A DNA stretch of 64,000 nt, taken from the NCBI GenBank assembly GCA_016191115.1, contig JACPPG010000005.1:23119-87118 (forward strand). The letters are read 5' to 3'. The stretch comes from Planctomycetia bacterium. Lineage in GTDB: Bacteria > Planctomycetota > Planctomycetia > Pirellulales > JACPPG01. A program made the translations under genes and the position numbers. Shown here one piece after another: positions 1 to 10,476 of this stretch. The notes under the pieces are model-generated. The model had not been told where the DNA came from. It did not search any database and saw nothing but the letters and a program-made list of their open reading frames with translations. Positions within the stretch are counted from its first letter, which is position 1; every line of letters starts with the position of its first letter.

Positions 1-1
1 G

Positions 2-3000
2 GCATTTTTCACCGGCGAAACCGCCAGTGGCTGGCAACAAGTCAATCTCGCCACGCCTGTCTACATCCAGGCAAACACCGTCTACATCGTTTCGTACTAC
101 GCCCCCAAGGGGCGCTACTCGGCCGATCGCAACTATTTCGTGTCGCAGGGCATCGATAACGGCCCGCTGCACGGCCTGTCGCAAGGCCCAAGCGGCCCCG
201 ATGGCGTGTTCGTCTACGGCAATAGCGCGTTTCCGACGAACACCTACCAGTCGTCGAACTACTATGTCGACGTCGTGATCAACACGGCCATCGTTAGCGA
301 CACAATGCGGCCCAAGATCATCTCGTACGCGGCCGCGGATGGGTCGAGCGTGCTCACGACGGATTCGTCGATCATCATCAAGTTCAGCGAGGCCCTGAAC
401 GCGGCGTCGGTCAACAGCACGAGCGTGCAACTCTTGAACCCCGATCTCACGAGCATCCCGCCCGGTTGCTGCGGCACGCCCGGTGGCTGGTGCACCGGCT
501 GCCCGTTACTGCAAGCCGCCTCGACGCGGGTCATCAACGCCACGGTCGTCTACGACGCGGTGAACTACACGGTGACGCTGACGCCGACTGCGCCGCTATC
601 CACCCTGCAGACTTACACGGTCTTTTTGAAGAGCGGTTCGCAGGGCGTATACGACGTGGCCGGCAACTCGCTCGCGGCCGATTCCGGCGCCTCGTTCCTC
701 ACACCCTCGCAGCCGGCTTCGACGCGGTCTACAATCTGGCCCACGTCCGCCACGCCCGCCACCGTCGACGTGGGCGAGGCAAAAGCGGTCGAGCTGGGCA
801 CGAAGTTCTACGCCGACACCAGCGGCACCATCGCCGGCATTGAGTTCTACAAGAGCGCCGCCAATACGGGCGTGCACACTGGCAGCCTGTGGTCGGCCAC
901 CGGGCAATTGCTGGCGACCGGCACGTTCACCGGCGAAACGGCCAGCGGCTGGCAACAGCTCACGTTCACCACGCCCGTGGCGGTCACGGCCGGCACCACG
1001 TACGTCGCTTCGTACCACACGGACAGCGGCCGTTTCTCGGTCGACAAGAACTACTTCACCTCGCAATTCAACAGCGGTTTGCTGCACGTTCCGGCCGACG
1101 GTGGCGTGTATCTCTACGGCACGGGCGGCTTCCCGACACAAACCAACCTGTCGAGCAACTATTGGGTGCAGCCGATCCTGCGTACTCCGATCACCACCGA
1201 CAATACGGCGCCGACAATCCTCAGCATCTCGCCGGCGGCCGGCACGACCGGCGTCTCCGTCACTCCGACGATCACCGCGCAGTTCAGCGAGGCGCTCGAT
1301 CCCACGACCGTCAGCACTAACACGCTGCGGCTGATGGACAACAGCAACCAACTGGTGCCCACCAGCGTGACGTACAACGAGCAGACGTTCATGGCGACCA
1401 TCGTGCCGACGTCGGCCTTGTCGTTCGGCGGCATGTACACGATCGTCGTCGCCGGCGGCGCGCAGGGCATTCGCGACATGGCCGGTAACCCGGTCGCCCT
1501 GACTACGGGATCGAGCTTTACCACCGTTGGTGCTCCGGTGCCCGATACGACGCCGCCGATGGTGATCGCGGTCAATCCGGCCAACAATGCCACAGGTTAC
1601 GCGGTGAACGGCGCGATCACGGTCACTTTCAGCGAACCGCTCAATGCCGCCTCGGTCAACGCGGCCAGCGTCATCCTGCTGAAGAACGCCCTGTCGCGGA
1701 TCGTGACGACCGTCACGTACAACGCGGCCAGCAATTCGATCACCATCACGCCCACCGCGCCGCTGGAGTACGGCAGCAACTACACGGTTTATCTTGTCGG
1801 CGGGGTGACGGGCATCCGCGACCTGTCGGACAACGCGATGACGCCGAACTACTCGTCGTCGTTCACGACCGTGGCCGCTCCGCCACCGGCTAGCCTGTGG
1901 AGCACCTCCACGACGCCTGGCACCGTCGACGGCGGCGACACACAGTCGATCGAAGTGGGCGTGAAATTCACGGCCGACTCCAATGGTTACATCATCGGAG
2001 TGCGCTTCTACAAGAGCGCGGCCAACACCGGCACGCACGTCGGCAATCTGTGGTCGGCAAGCGGGCAACTATTGGCCACCGGCACGTACTCCGGTGAGAC
2101 GGCCAGCGGATGGCAGACGCTCACGTTTGCCACGCCCGTCGCGATCACCGCCGGCACTACCTATACGGCATCATATCTGGCGCCGAAGGGGCGTTACGCG
2201 GCCGACACGAACTTCTTCAACGCGCAATTCAACAGCGGACCGCTGCACGTCCCCGCCAGCGGCGGCGTCTATCGGTACGGCGCCACGAGCGGCTTCCCCA
2301 CGAGCACGTTTTCGAAGAACAACTACTGGGTCGACGTGTTGTTCAGCCTCACGCCGCCGGCGGATACCACGCCGCCGACGGTGACCGCCATGTCCCCGGC
2401 CAATGGCGCGACGAACGTCCCGACGAACGTGGCCGCCACGGTGCGGTTCAGTGAGGCGATCAATACCACGTCGCTGTCGAGCAGCACGCTGCAGATCCTG
2501 GACGGCACGACGCTCGTGCCCGCCACGATCACCTACGACGCCAACACGAACACGGCGACGATCGCGCCGGTCAGCCCGTTGGCGAATTCCCGCACCTATA
2601 CGCTGTCGGCGACCGGCGGCATCCCGGGTCTCAAGGACACGTCCGGCAACAACCTGGCGCAGACCACTTCGACGACCTTCACGACGGCCGCCGTCGACGT
2701 GACGGCGCCGACGGTCACTTCGTTCAACCCCACGAATAACGCCAGCAGCGTGGCGACCAGCGCCACGGTAACGGTCACGTTCAGCGAGGCGGTCGATCCC
2801 ACGACCGTCAACGCGACGACCGTGTCGCTGCTCACCAACACGAACGCCGTTATGGCCGCGACGGTTAGCTACAATCCCGCGACCAGCACCGCGACGTTGA
2901 CCCCGACCAGTCCGCTGGCAAACTCCGCCAGCTACACGATCGTCGTGCAGGGTGGGGTGGCCGGCGTGCACGACCTTGCCGGCAACGCCCTGGCCGCGAA

Positions 3001-5044
3001 CGCGACGTCCGCTTTCCAAACCGTCGCTTCATCCAATGGCGGCGGTGGTGGCGGCACTGGTGGCACGACGAGCTCGTCGACGAGCTTGTGGACGACGACC
3101 ACTCCGGCCACGGCCGACGTCGGCGAGCCACAATCACTCGAATTGGGCGTCAAGTTCACTTCCAACGCCAATGGGTACATCACGGGCCTACGCTTCTACA
3201 AGAGCACCGCGAACACCGGCACTCACGTTGGCCACCTGTGGACGAGCTCCGGCCAGTTGTTGGCCACCGCCACGTTCACTGGCGAGACGGCCAGCGGCTG
3301 GCAGCAAGTCACGTTCGCCACGCCCGTAGCGATCACGGCCGGCACGACGTACGTAGCTTCGTACTTTGCCCCGAACGGCCACTTCGCCGTCAATCGCAGC
3401 TACTTCAAGAGCGCGTTCACGAGCGGACAACTGCAAGTCCCCGCCAATGGCGGCGTCTTCATGTATGGTGCGGCAAGCGCCTTCCCGACCCAGACCTACG
3501 GCAGCAGCAACTACTGGGTCGACGTGATGTTGTCGACGGCGCCGCCTGTCGACACGACTGCGCCGACGGTGACCGGTTTCAGCCCGGCCGGCGGCGCGAC
3601 GAACGTCGCCGTCAGTACGCCGATCACGATCACATTCAGCGAGGCGCTTAGCGCGGCTTCGGTCACCACGAGCACCGTGCGCTTGCTGGACGGCGCTACT
3701 CAAGTGGCGGCCACCGTGGCCTACAACGCCGGCAACAACACGGTCACGATCACGCCCACCGCGGCCCTCGCCAACTCGAAGGCGTACACGATTTCTGTCC
3801 TGGGCGGCGCGAGTGGCGTGAAGGACGCGGCCGGCAACGCCCTGGCGCAAACCGCCACGTCCACCTTCACGACCGTCGCGGCGCCGCCTGTCGATACGAC
3901 TGCGCCGACGGTGACCGGTTTCAGCCCGGCCGGTGGTGCGACAAGCGTCGCCGTCAATACGGCGATCACGGTGACATTCAGCGAAGCGCTTAGCGCGGCT
4001 TCGGTCACCACGAGCACCGTGCGGTTGCTGGACGGCAGCACGCAGGTGGCTGCCACCGTGGCCTACAATGCCGCGAATAACACCGTCACCGTCACGCCCA
4101 CCGCGGCCTTGGCCAACTCGAAGGCCTACACGATTTCTGTCCTGGGCGGCGCGAGTGGCGTGAAGGACGCGGCCGGCAATGCCCTGGCACAAACGGCCAC
4201 GTCGACCTTCACCACGGTCGCGGCAACGCCTCCCGACACGACTCCGCCCACCGTGACCGGTTTCAGCCCGGCCAGTGGCGCGACGAACGTCGCCATCAAC
4301 ACGGCGGTCACGGTGACGTTCAGCGAAGCGCTTAGCGCGGCCTCGGTCACCACGAGCACTGTCCGGCTGCTGGACGGTGCCACTCAGGTGGCGGCCAGCG
4401 CGTCCTACAACGCCACGAATAAGACGGTCACCATCACGCCCACGGCGGCCCTGGCCAACTCGAAGGTCTATACGATCTCGGTTGTGGGCGGCTCGGCAGG
4501 CGTGAAGGACGCGGCCGGCAATGCCTTGGCGCAGACCGCCACGTCGACCTTTACCACCGTCGCGGCGCCCGTCACGACGTCGAGCCTGTGGAGCGCTTCG
4601 ACGACGCCGAAGACAGTCGACGTCGGCGAGCCGCAAGCCATCGAGTTGGGCGTCAAGTTCACCGCCGACGTCAATGGCTACATCACGGGCATACGGTTCT
4701 ACAAGAGTTCGGCCAACACCGGCACGCACATCGGGAACCTGTGGAGCAGCACGGGCCAGCTTTTGGCCACGGCCACCTTCACCAACGAAACCGCTAGCGG
4801 CTGGCAGCAAGTCACTTTCTCGACGCCGGTGGCGGTCACGGCGGGCACGACGTACGTGGCCTCGTACTATGCACCCAACGGGCGCTTCTCGGTGAATCGC
4901 AACTACTTCGGCAGCGCGTTCACGAGCGGCCTGCTGCGCGTGCCCGCTAGCGGCGGTGTCTTTAAGTACGGCTCGTCGAGTGCATTCCCCGACCAGACGT
5001 TTAACGCCAGCAACTACTGGGTGGACGTGGTGTTCTCAAGCTAG
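2..5044 (+). CDS. Giant exported repeat protein (5' end outside window) with alternating DUF4082 domains and bacterial Ig-like (SbsA/Big_5-type) domains
   Basis: The frame of the 140..5044 ORF stays open back to nt 2. AFFTGETASGWQQV...YYAPKGRYSADRNYF is the tail of a further DUF4082 unit, so the listed start at 140 is internal. Five DUF4082-like units are present (..KF.....GYI.G.RFYKS.ANTG.H.G.LW...GQLLA...F.GETASGWQ..TF..PV....GTTY.ASY......). They are separated by 1-3 Ig-like units (DTT.PTV....P..GATNV......TFSEA...ASV...TV.LL). Stop at 5042-5044. Confidence 0.9.
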   Translation, partial: AFFTGETASGWQQVNLATPVYIQANTVYIVSYYAPKGRYSADRNYFVSQGIDNGPLHGLSQGPSGPDGVFVYGNSAFPTNTYQSSNYYVDVVINTAIVSDTMRPKIISYAAADGSSVLTTDSSIIIKFSEALNAASVNSTSVQLLNPDLTSIPPGCCGTPGGWCTGCPLLQAASTRVINATVVYDAVNYTVTLTPTAPLSTLQTYTVFLKSGSQGVYDVAGNSLAADSGASFLTPSQPASTRSTIWPTSATPATVDVGEAKAVELGTKFYADTSGTIAGIEFYKSAANTGVHTGSLWSATGQLLATGTFTGETASGWQQLTFTTPVAVTAGTTYVASYHTDSGRFSVDKNYFTSQFNSGLLHVPADGGVYLYGTGGFPTQTNLSSNYWVQPILRTPITTDNTAPTILSISPAAGTTGVSVTPTITAQFSEALDPTTVSTNTLRLMDNSNQLVPTSVTYNEQTFMATIVPTSALSFGGMYTIVVAGGAQGIRDMAGNPVALTTGSSFTTVGAPVPDTTPPMVIAVNPANNATGYAVNGAITVTFSEPLNAASVNAASVILLKNALSRIVTTVTYNAASNSITITPTAPLEYGSNYTVYLVGGVTGIRDLSDNAMTPNYSSSFTTVAAPPPASLWSTSTTPGTVDGGDTQSIEVGVKFTADSNGYIIGVRFYKSAANTGTHVGNLWSASGQLLATGTYSGETASGWQTLTFATPVAITAGTTYTASYLAPKGRYAADTNFFNAQFNSGPLHVPASGGVYRYGATSGFPTSTFSKNNYWVDVLFSLTPPADTTPPTVTAMSPANGATNVPTNVAATVRFSEAINTTSLSSSTLQILDGTTLVPATITYDANTNTATIAPVSPLANSRTYTLSATGGIPGLKDTSGNNLAQTTSTTFTTAAVDVTAPTVTSFNPTNNASSVATSATVTVTFSEAVDPTTVNATTVSLLTNTNAVMAATVSYNPATSTATLTPTSPLANSASYTIVVQGGVAGVHDLAGNALAANATSAFQTVASSNGGGGGGTGGTTSSSTSLWTTTTPATADVGEPQSLELGVKFTSNANGYITGLRFYKSTANTGTHVGHLWTSSGQLLATATFTGETASGWQQVTFATPVAITAGTTYVASYFAPNGHFAVNRSYFKSAFTSGQLQVPANGGVFMYGAASAFPTQTYGSSNYWVDVMLSTAPPVDTTAPTVTGFSPAGGATNVAVSTPITITFSEALSAASVTTSTVRLLDGATQVAATVAYNAGNNTVTITPTAALANSKAYTISVLGGASGVKDAAGNALAQTATSTFTTVAAPPVDTTAPTVTGFSPAGGATSVAVNTAITVTFSEALSAASVTTSTVRLLDGSTQVAATVAYNAANNTVTVTPTAALANSKAYTISVLGGASGVKDAAGNALAQTATSTFTTVAATPPDTTPPTVTGFSPASGATNVAINTAVTVTFSEALSAASVTTSTVRLLDGATQVAASASYNATNKTVTITPTAALANSKVYTISVVGGSAGVKDAAGNALAQTATSTFTTVAAPVTTSSLWSASTTPKTVDVGEPQAIELGVKFTADVNGYITGIRFYKSSANTGTHIGNLWSSTGQLLATATFTNETASGWQQVTFSTPVAVTAGTTYVASYYAPNGRFSVNRNYFGSAFTSGLLRVPASGGVFKYGSSSAFPDQTFNASNYWVDVVFSS
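3539..4564 (+). repeat. Three tandem 342-bp (114-codon) near-identical Ig-like domain repeats inside the giant protein gene
   Basis: Units start at 3539, 3881 and 4223 (GCGCCGCCTGTCGA.ACGACTGCGCCGACGGTGACCGGTTTCAGCCCGGCC...). By eye they are roughly nine-tenths identical at the nucleotide level, much closer than the other Ig-like units. Confidence 0.9.
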
Positions 5045-5097
5045 GAACGATTGGCCGCATAGCGTCGCCAATTCAGACGAGCCGCGCAAGTCGCGGA

Positions 5098-6165
5098 TCA
5101 AGCGGCCCGCGTACGGCGATTCCGCCGGAGCCAGTGGCGCGCCTGATTCAGCAACCACTTGCGGTTCTGCCGCAGGCGCCGCTCTTGCGCGCGGAACCGT
5201 TCGAGGAATAGCTCGATACGTGGCGCAGGCGCCGGGCGCCAGCCGGCCCAGGCGGTGCGATCGACGTACTTGAAGAACTCCCCGCGCATCGGATGCCGGC
5301 ACAGTGGCCGCCAGGGTTTGTCGCGCGTCGTAAAGTGCACGATGTACGGATCGTCGCGCAACTGCTCGAACGTCTGGCGATCGAACGGGCTCCGCTTCCA
5401 CGTCGGGTACGCATAGGCGTGCATGCCTTGGTTCCAACGCATGTCGAGCCGTCCCCACCGGTCCGCAAGCACCACGTTCAAGGCGTACTGATCCCACCAT
5501 TGGACGTGCTGACGGTTGCGGTCCAGGCATTCGAGCGCCAGTCGCGCGATGCCGGCACTCCGCCAGGCAGTCAAGTCGGCGAGCAGCACGCCGGCATTGA
5601 AATAGGCGGCGTCGGCCGGCAGTCCCAGCGCCTGAAAATTCGGCACGGGACGCGCCGATCCCATGTAGGGTGCACAAGACGGGTAGTTCGCCAGTGCCTC
5701 GGCCGCGTCCATGTAGGGCGCCGCACAGTCTTGCGCCGCCAGGCACCACGCGCCGGCAAAGTCGCTATCCCAAAGTCGTCCAAGATCGGCGCGGATCACG
5801 AGATCGGCGTCGAGGTAGATCGCGCGCCGCAAGTCGGCCGGCAACACACGCTCCATCAGGATGCGGAAGTAGGTGACAAGATTGACGTGCCCCGATTCCG
5901 GCAGCCCGGCCAGCTTTGAAGCATCGATCCGCAGCCACTCGACTTGATAGCGGCCGTCGGGCCAGGATCGCAGGAGCCGGTTCTTCGTGGCCTCAAGTAT
6001 GCCCGCGTCCAACACGTAGACGCGCAGCCGTCGATCGCCTGCCAGATTGTCGAGCGCCGAGCGGACGGTGGCCGCCAAGGGCATGGCGAAGTTTTCGTCC
6101 GCGGCCAGCACGACGATCGGGTGGCGGTCCGCGGGAACGGTGCCTGCTGCCTGCGTTGATGTCAC
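5098..6165 (-). CDS. Glycosyltransferase family 8 (LPS/glycogenin-type retaining GT)
   Basis: GT8 features are IVVLAADENFAMPLAATVRSA, the DxD motif in YLDADLVI, and YFNAGVLLADL. The first ~129 codons of the 5098..6552 ORF look non-coding and contain no Met. An in-frame GTG at 6165 (VTSTQAAG...) is the most plausible start, so the start is uncertain. Confidence 0.75.
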   Translation of the reverse strand: MTSTQAAGTVPADRHPIVVLAADENFAMPLAATVRSALDNLAGDRRLRVYVLDAGILEATKNRLLRSWPDGRYQVEWLRIDASKLAGLPESGHVNLVTYFRILMERVLPADLRRAIYLDADLVIRADLGRLWDSDFAGAWCLAAQDCAAPYMDAAEALANYPSCAPYMGSARPVPNFQALGLPADAAYFNAGVLLADLTAWRSAGIARLALECLDRNRQHVQWWDQYALNVVLADRWGRLDMRWNQGMHAYAYPTWKRSPFDRQTFEQLRDDPYIVHFTTRDKPWRPLCRHPMRGEFFKYVDRTAWAGWRPAPAPRIELFLERFRAQERRLRQNRKWLLNQARHWLRRNRRTRAA

Positions 6166-6529
6166 CAGGTGGCCTCCGAGCGCTCGTGCAGTCGCGCGTC
6201 CAAGCGATCCTGCCGTGAGGAGTGGTAGCCCCTTTATCGGCGAGACACACGACTTTTGCCGCAACGATGTGCTTGGCAGGAAGCAGAGATTCCTGCTAGC
6301 AACCCGCGACAGCGGCGCCCGAAGAGGAAGAATGCGAGTCAGATGGGGGACTTCGGCAGGCCGGACGGCGCCGGCGTCCGGGAGTATTCCGGCTTCGGTG
6401 ACATTACCGATGAGATCGGTGGATTCGACGGGTACACACCTGGCTTCGGTGCGCGCCGGGATAGAGGCTGGCAAAACGCGCGAAACTGGGAAAAGAGCGC
6501 AAGGGCCCCGTCGTGTGGATTCACATCGT

Positions 6530-7543
6530 ATGGGCACGACCTGCCTGATCACGAACTACAACTACGCCCGCTTCCTCGGCGATGCCCTGGACAGCGTGCT
6601 AGCGCAGAGCGTGCCGTTTGACGAGGTGATCGTTGTCGACGACGGTTCGACCGACGCGTCGACCGAGATCTTGGCCAAAATCCGCGCGCGGCATCCGGCG
6701 ATCAAGCTGGTTGCCAAAGACAACGGCGGCCAATTGTCCTCGTTCAACGAGGGCTTCGCGCGGGCGACCGGCGACATCGTGTTTTTTCTCGATAGCGACG
6801 ACGTCTACGAGCCGAACTACGTCGCGCAAGCACTGAAGGTCTACAGCCGCCATCCGTCCTGCGGGTTCGTGGCCTGTGGGCTTCGTCAGTTCGGACAGTC
6901 CGACGCCGTGAAACTGGCGTATCCGGGCGACCGCGATCTGGGCCATTCCGTGATCCTGGCATCTTTTTTGCGGGCATGGATCGGCGCACCGACGTCGTGC
7001 CTGTCGATGCGGCGCGAGGTGCTCGAAAAAATCCTGCCGCTTCCCTTCCGCGAGGATTGGCGGACGCGTGCCGACGATTGCCTGGTGTTCGGCGCGTCGC
7101 TGGCGGGCGCGCGGAAATACTATCTCGCGCAGCCGCTCGTGCGTTACCGCGTTCACGACGACAACAAGTTCTGCCGCAGCGTTCCGGACGAGGGCGCGGT
7201 GTATCGCCGCCGCCTGGCGATCAATCGGCTGTTCGAGCACCTCGAGCGCAAGCTGTGTTACAACGTCCCGCGGCTTGCCGACTTTCCTCACCGCGAGTTC
7301 TGCACGATTGCCCAGCCGACCTTTCGTCAGCTTGCCCAGTACGCGCGGATCGCGCTGGGCTCGCGCGTGTCCCTCGCCAGACGGTTCGCCTGCATCGGCG
7401 CCATGACGGGGCACTACCTGCGCACCAGGGCGGCGCGCCATTCAGACGCGGCAGCCCTCCCCACCGCATCGCCGCCGAACTCCACTACCACCATCGCGCC
7501 GCACAGCGCCAGACTGCGCGGAACCTTTACGGTTCGAGCTTGA
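6530..7543 (+). CDS. Glycosyltransferase family 2
   Basis: The ATG at 6530 gives MGTTCLITNYNYARFLGDALDSVLAQS..VIVVDDGSTD...FLDSDD, the GT2 N-terminal signature with DxD. The upstream 161 codons of the listed ORF are low-quality and overlap the divergent GT8 leader. Confidence 0.85.
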   Translation: MGTTCLITNYNYARFLGDALDSVLAQSVPFDEVIVVDDGSTDASTEILAKIRARHPAIKLVAKDNGGQLSSFNEGFARATGDIVFFLDSDDVYEPNYVAQALKVYSRHPSCGFVACGLRQFGQSDAVKLAYPGDRDLGHSVILASFLRAWIGAPTSCLSMRREVLEKILPLPFREDWRTRADDCLVFGASLAGARKYYLAQPLVRYRVHDDNKFCRSVPDEGAVYRRRLAINRLFEHLERKLCYNVPRLADFPHREFCTIAQPTFRQLAQYARIALGSRVSLARRFACIGAMTGHYLRTRAARHSDAAALPTASPPNSTTTIAPHSARLRGTFTVRA

Positions 7544-8597
7544 CGATGCGATCGTTCGAGCTGTCGGCGATGTACACCGCACCCGATGGGTGCACGAACA
7601 CGCCGTGGGGCTGCTTGAGCTGGGCCGCCAGGGGCGGGCCGCCCAGGCCGCTCGCGCCCGCTTCGCCGGCGCCTGCGATGCGGATCAGTTGGCGTTTGCC
7701 GGGCAGGTACTTGCGGATCAAGTGATTCTCGGTGTCGGCGATCAATACGTTGCCCGCAAGGTCGATGCACAAATGCTTGGGACCTTTGAGCGGCAACGGC
7801 TGGCGGCCGTTTTCATCCCGACAGTCGGCGCCGCGACCCACGAGCGTGTGAATGCGCCCCGTTGAGTCGACCACCCGCAGGGCGTCGCCGCTGCGTTCCA
7901 GAATGTAGACGTTGCCGTGGGCGTCGGCGGCTACCGCTCGTGGGTCGACGAGTGGGGAATTCCGAGCCTCGCCCCCTTCTGGCGGCACGCCGCGCTCGCC
8001 GTTGCCGGCCACGGTGTCGACCGTGCCGGTGGCCATGTCGATCGCGCGGACCCGGCGGTTGTCCAAGTCGGCGATAAACAGGCGATCCCCCATGGGCGAG
8101 AACGCCAGGCAATAGACGCCGCCGAACTCGGCGGCCATGGCCGGCCCGCCGTCACCGTTGAAACCCTTGCGGCCGGTGCCGGCGAATCGAGCGATGGTCC
8201 CGTGCCGCGGATCGACTTTTCGCACGCACTGGTTCCAGGTGTCGGCAACGTAGATCGCGCCATCCTTGCCGACGGCCAGGCTGTGCATGCCGTTGAACTG
8301 GGCCCGCCGCGCCGGGCCATCGTCGCCCGAGGCACCCTTGTCGCCGGTTCCCGCCAGGGTCGTCAGTAGGCCGCGCGGATCGACACGCAAGACACGGTGC
8401 CCTGTCATTTCGGCGATGTAGAAGTTGCCATCGCGATCGGCATCGACGGCGAACGGGCCGTGCAGCTTGGCGCGCGTGGCTGGCACGCCGTCCTTCTCCT
8501 CTTGCCCGCCGGCCACCAACACAAGCGTTTCGGCGTTCAGGGAGCGCGAGAGACAGCCGAGCAACATTCCGACGACCAACAGGTGAAGCAGGCGCAT
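7527..8597 (-). CDS. NHL-repeat beta-propeller protein, secreted
   Basis: There are six repeats of the type GDGGPA..A.F..P.G.AVD..GN.YIAD..N.R.R. A signal peptide MRLLHLLVVGMLLGCLSRSLNA starts at the internal ATG 8597. Confidence 0.8.
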   Translation of the reverse strand: MRLLHLLVVGMLLGCLSRSLNAETLVLVAGGQEEKDGVPATRAKLHGPFAVDADRDGNFYIAEMTGHRVLRVDPRGLLTTLAGTGDKGASGDDGPARRAQFNGMHSLAVGKDGAIYVADTWNQCVRKVDPRHGTIARFAGTGRKGFNGDGGPAMAAEFGGVYCLAFSPMGDRLFIADLDNRRVRAIDMATGTVDTVAGNGERGVPPEGGEARNSPLVDPRAVAADAHGNVYILERSGDALRVVDSTGRIHTLVGRGADCRDENGRQPLPLKGPKHLCIDLAGNVLIADTENHLIRKYLPGKRQLIRIAGAGEAGASGLGGPPLAAQLKQPHGVFVHPSGAVYIADSSNDRIVKLEP

Positions 8598-8843
8598 GTC
8601 GTTCCTTTTCCTTGTGGCATGCCAGCCGGCCATTTCAGAGCAGCCGTACAGGCGTCGCCGCCAATCTTACAAGGCGCCACGCGTGGGTGCCACAATGCCG
8701 CGACGCCATGCGCCCCGCAGGCCTCCTGCGCGCGGCATTTTGCCGTGCGCTTGCCGGCGGACTAGAATGCGCTTCGCCCGGCAAGTGCCGGTTATCCGAT
8801 CGCAATTCTGCGACGAACCGAGGGCGAGTCTCGTCGCCAAGGC

Positions 8844-10448
8844 ATGGGGATCAATTCGATGGGCGAGCTCGATCGCAGGACGTTCATCCGTGGATTGGGG
8901 GCGTCAATCACGCTGGCTTCGGGCGTTCAACTCGCGGTGCCCTCAAGCGCTACGGCGAGCCAAGCATCCAATGCCCACCTGACTAGAGCCAATCCCGAGT
9001 TCCTGGTCAGCCGCGCGCAAGCCCAGGCCTGGCACGTGGCCAAGGACTCGAAGGGCGGCCCGACGATCGCCGGCAGCCGTTCGTGGAAGCATTTCTTGGA
9101 GATCGTCGAGAACGAATTGCGGGCCGGCGGGGTCGTCGACGTGCTCCGGAATCCTTGGACCTACACGCGCTGGTCCACGACCGAGTGGCCCGACGATTCG
9201 AACTGGTCGCTCCACGTCGACGGCCAGAAGATCAAAGTCGCCAGCTATGGGTGCAACTCAGGCAAAACGCCCGCGGAGGGGATCACCGGCGAGCTCGTCG
9301 TTTTCCGGCAAGGAATGCCGGCCGCCGAACTCAAAGGCAAGATCGCCATCGTGCTGAAGCCGACGGCGGTGCAATACTACGAGGACCGGGCAGGGTCGAA
9401 GCCCCTATCCCGCCCGCCCAACCCGCTGAGCGTCGGCGACTATGAGTTCCTGTCGAGCGGCGAGTCGTTTCCCGATCCGCTCCGGCCGATGGCCCAGATG
9501 GACGCCGTCAGCCCGTTCACGCAGATGGGGCTTGGCGCCGACGAGCGCGCACTGACGGAAGCCGGCGCGGTCGGCGCCTTGATCGTCATTGGTCTGTCGT
9601 ACGAGGCGCTGGCGGGCATCTATACGTTTCCCGTGCCCGCGCTCTATGACCTGCCGACGCTGTACGTCGACCGCGACACCGGCGCAAGCCTTGTCGAGGC
9701 GGCAAAGTCCGGTAAGAAAGCCGTGCTGCGCCTGATCTCGCGGACCGAAGACGTGGAGACCTACCAGCTCTTTGGCTACTTGCCGGGCCGCGATTACAAG
9801 ACGCCGACCGACGAGCAGATCTTGTTGATCACGCACACCGACGGCCCATCGATCTCGCAGGAGAACGGGGCTCTTGGCATCCTCGGCATGGTGAAATACT
9901 TTTCGCACATCCCGCCAGCCGAGCGCCCGCGGACGCTGATGATCTTTCTCGATTGCCGCCACTACATGCCCGGCGCCGAGCGGGCCTTTGCCGCCCAGGA
10001 TTATTCCCAAAGTCACCCGGACATCTACCAGCTCGTCGTGGCCGCGATGGGTATCGAGCATCTCGGTCAGATTCAGGTCGCCGAAGGAGACGGCAAGCCC
10101 TACCACAAGACCGAATTGCCTGAAGTATCCTCGCTGTGGGTCAGCAAGAACCAGCAACTCATCGACATGGCCATCAAGGCGGTCAAAGACAATCGTCTGG
10201 CGCGCGTGCAGGTCCAGTGCCCCGACCGTCCCGGCGTGCACGGCAAGCCGCAGGGGCGGCAGTTCGGCCTGGGCGCCATTGCCGGACGGCTGGGCGTTGC
10301 GGGCGCATCGACGATGGGCATGATGGCGGCCTACTGGTCTTCGAAGGCCCGCATCGACTACTTCGACGCCAAGCACTTCGTCGACCAGGTGGCCACGATG
10401 AGCCAGATCTGCGGCGGACTGATGACCGCCGAGCTGGCGGCAAGGTAG
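8844..10448 (+). CDS. Tat-exported PA-domain / M28-like peptidase family protein (function uncertain)
   Basis: Twin-arginine motif ELDRRTFIRGLGAS. A PA-domain-like segment (ITGELVVF...GKIAIV). A downstream LITHTDGPS...LDCRHY region resembles M28-type aminopeptidase folds. Confidence 0.6.
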   Translation: MGINSMGELDRRTFIRGLGASITLASGVQLAVPSSATASQASNAHLTRANPEFLVSRAQAQAWHVAKDSKGGPTIAGSRSWKHFLEIVENELRAGGVVDVLRNPWTYTRWSTTEWPDDSNWSLHVDGQKIKVASYGCNSGKTPAEGITGELVVFRQGMPAAELKGKIAIVLKPTAVQYYEDRAGSKPLSRPPNPLSVGDYEFLSSGESFPDPLRPMAQMDAVSPFTQMGLGADERALTEAGAVGALIVIGLSYEALAGIYTFPVPALYDLPTLYVDRDTGASLVEAAKSGKKAVLRLISRTEDVETYQLFGYLPGRDYKTPTDEQILLITHTDGPSISQENGALGILGMVKYFSHIPPAERPRTLMIFLDCRHYMPGAERAFAAQDYSQSHPDIYQLVVAAMGIEHLGQIQVAEGDGKPYHKTELPEVSSLWVSKNQQLIDMAIKAVKDNRLARVQVQCPDRPGVHGKPQGRQFGLGAIAGRLGVAGASTMGMMAAYWSSKARIDYFDAKHFVDQVATMSQICGGLMTAELAAR

Positions 10449-10476
10449 CGTCCGCTCTTCGGCGACTCGGGAGTCC

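Noticed and set aside
3539-4564. Whether any of the tandem or dispersed repeats (342-bp units, 157-bp elements, palindromes) represent a CRISPR array.
   Set aside because: The 342-bp units are in-frame protein domains. The 157-bp elements are kilobases apart with target-site duplications. No series of 25-40 bp direct repeats with similar-sized unique spacers exists, and no cas genes are present.
596-4810. Long antisense and off-frame ORFs inside the giant repeat-protein gene (for example 596..2068 minus, 2171..3019 minus, 3188..4810 minus, and several plus-strand off-frame ORFs).
   Set aside because: They are Arg/Gly/Asp/His-rich with no motifs. They mirror the periodicity of the sense-strand repeats. 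This is typical of shadow ORFs in GC-rich DNA where stop codons are rare. The sense frame has clear domain architecture.
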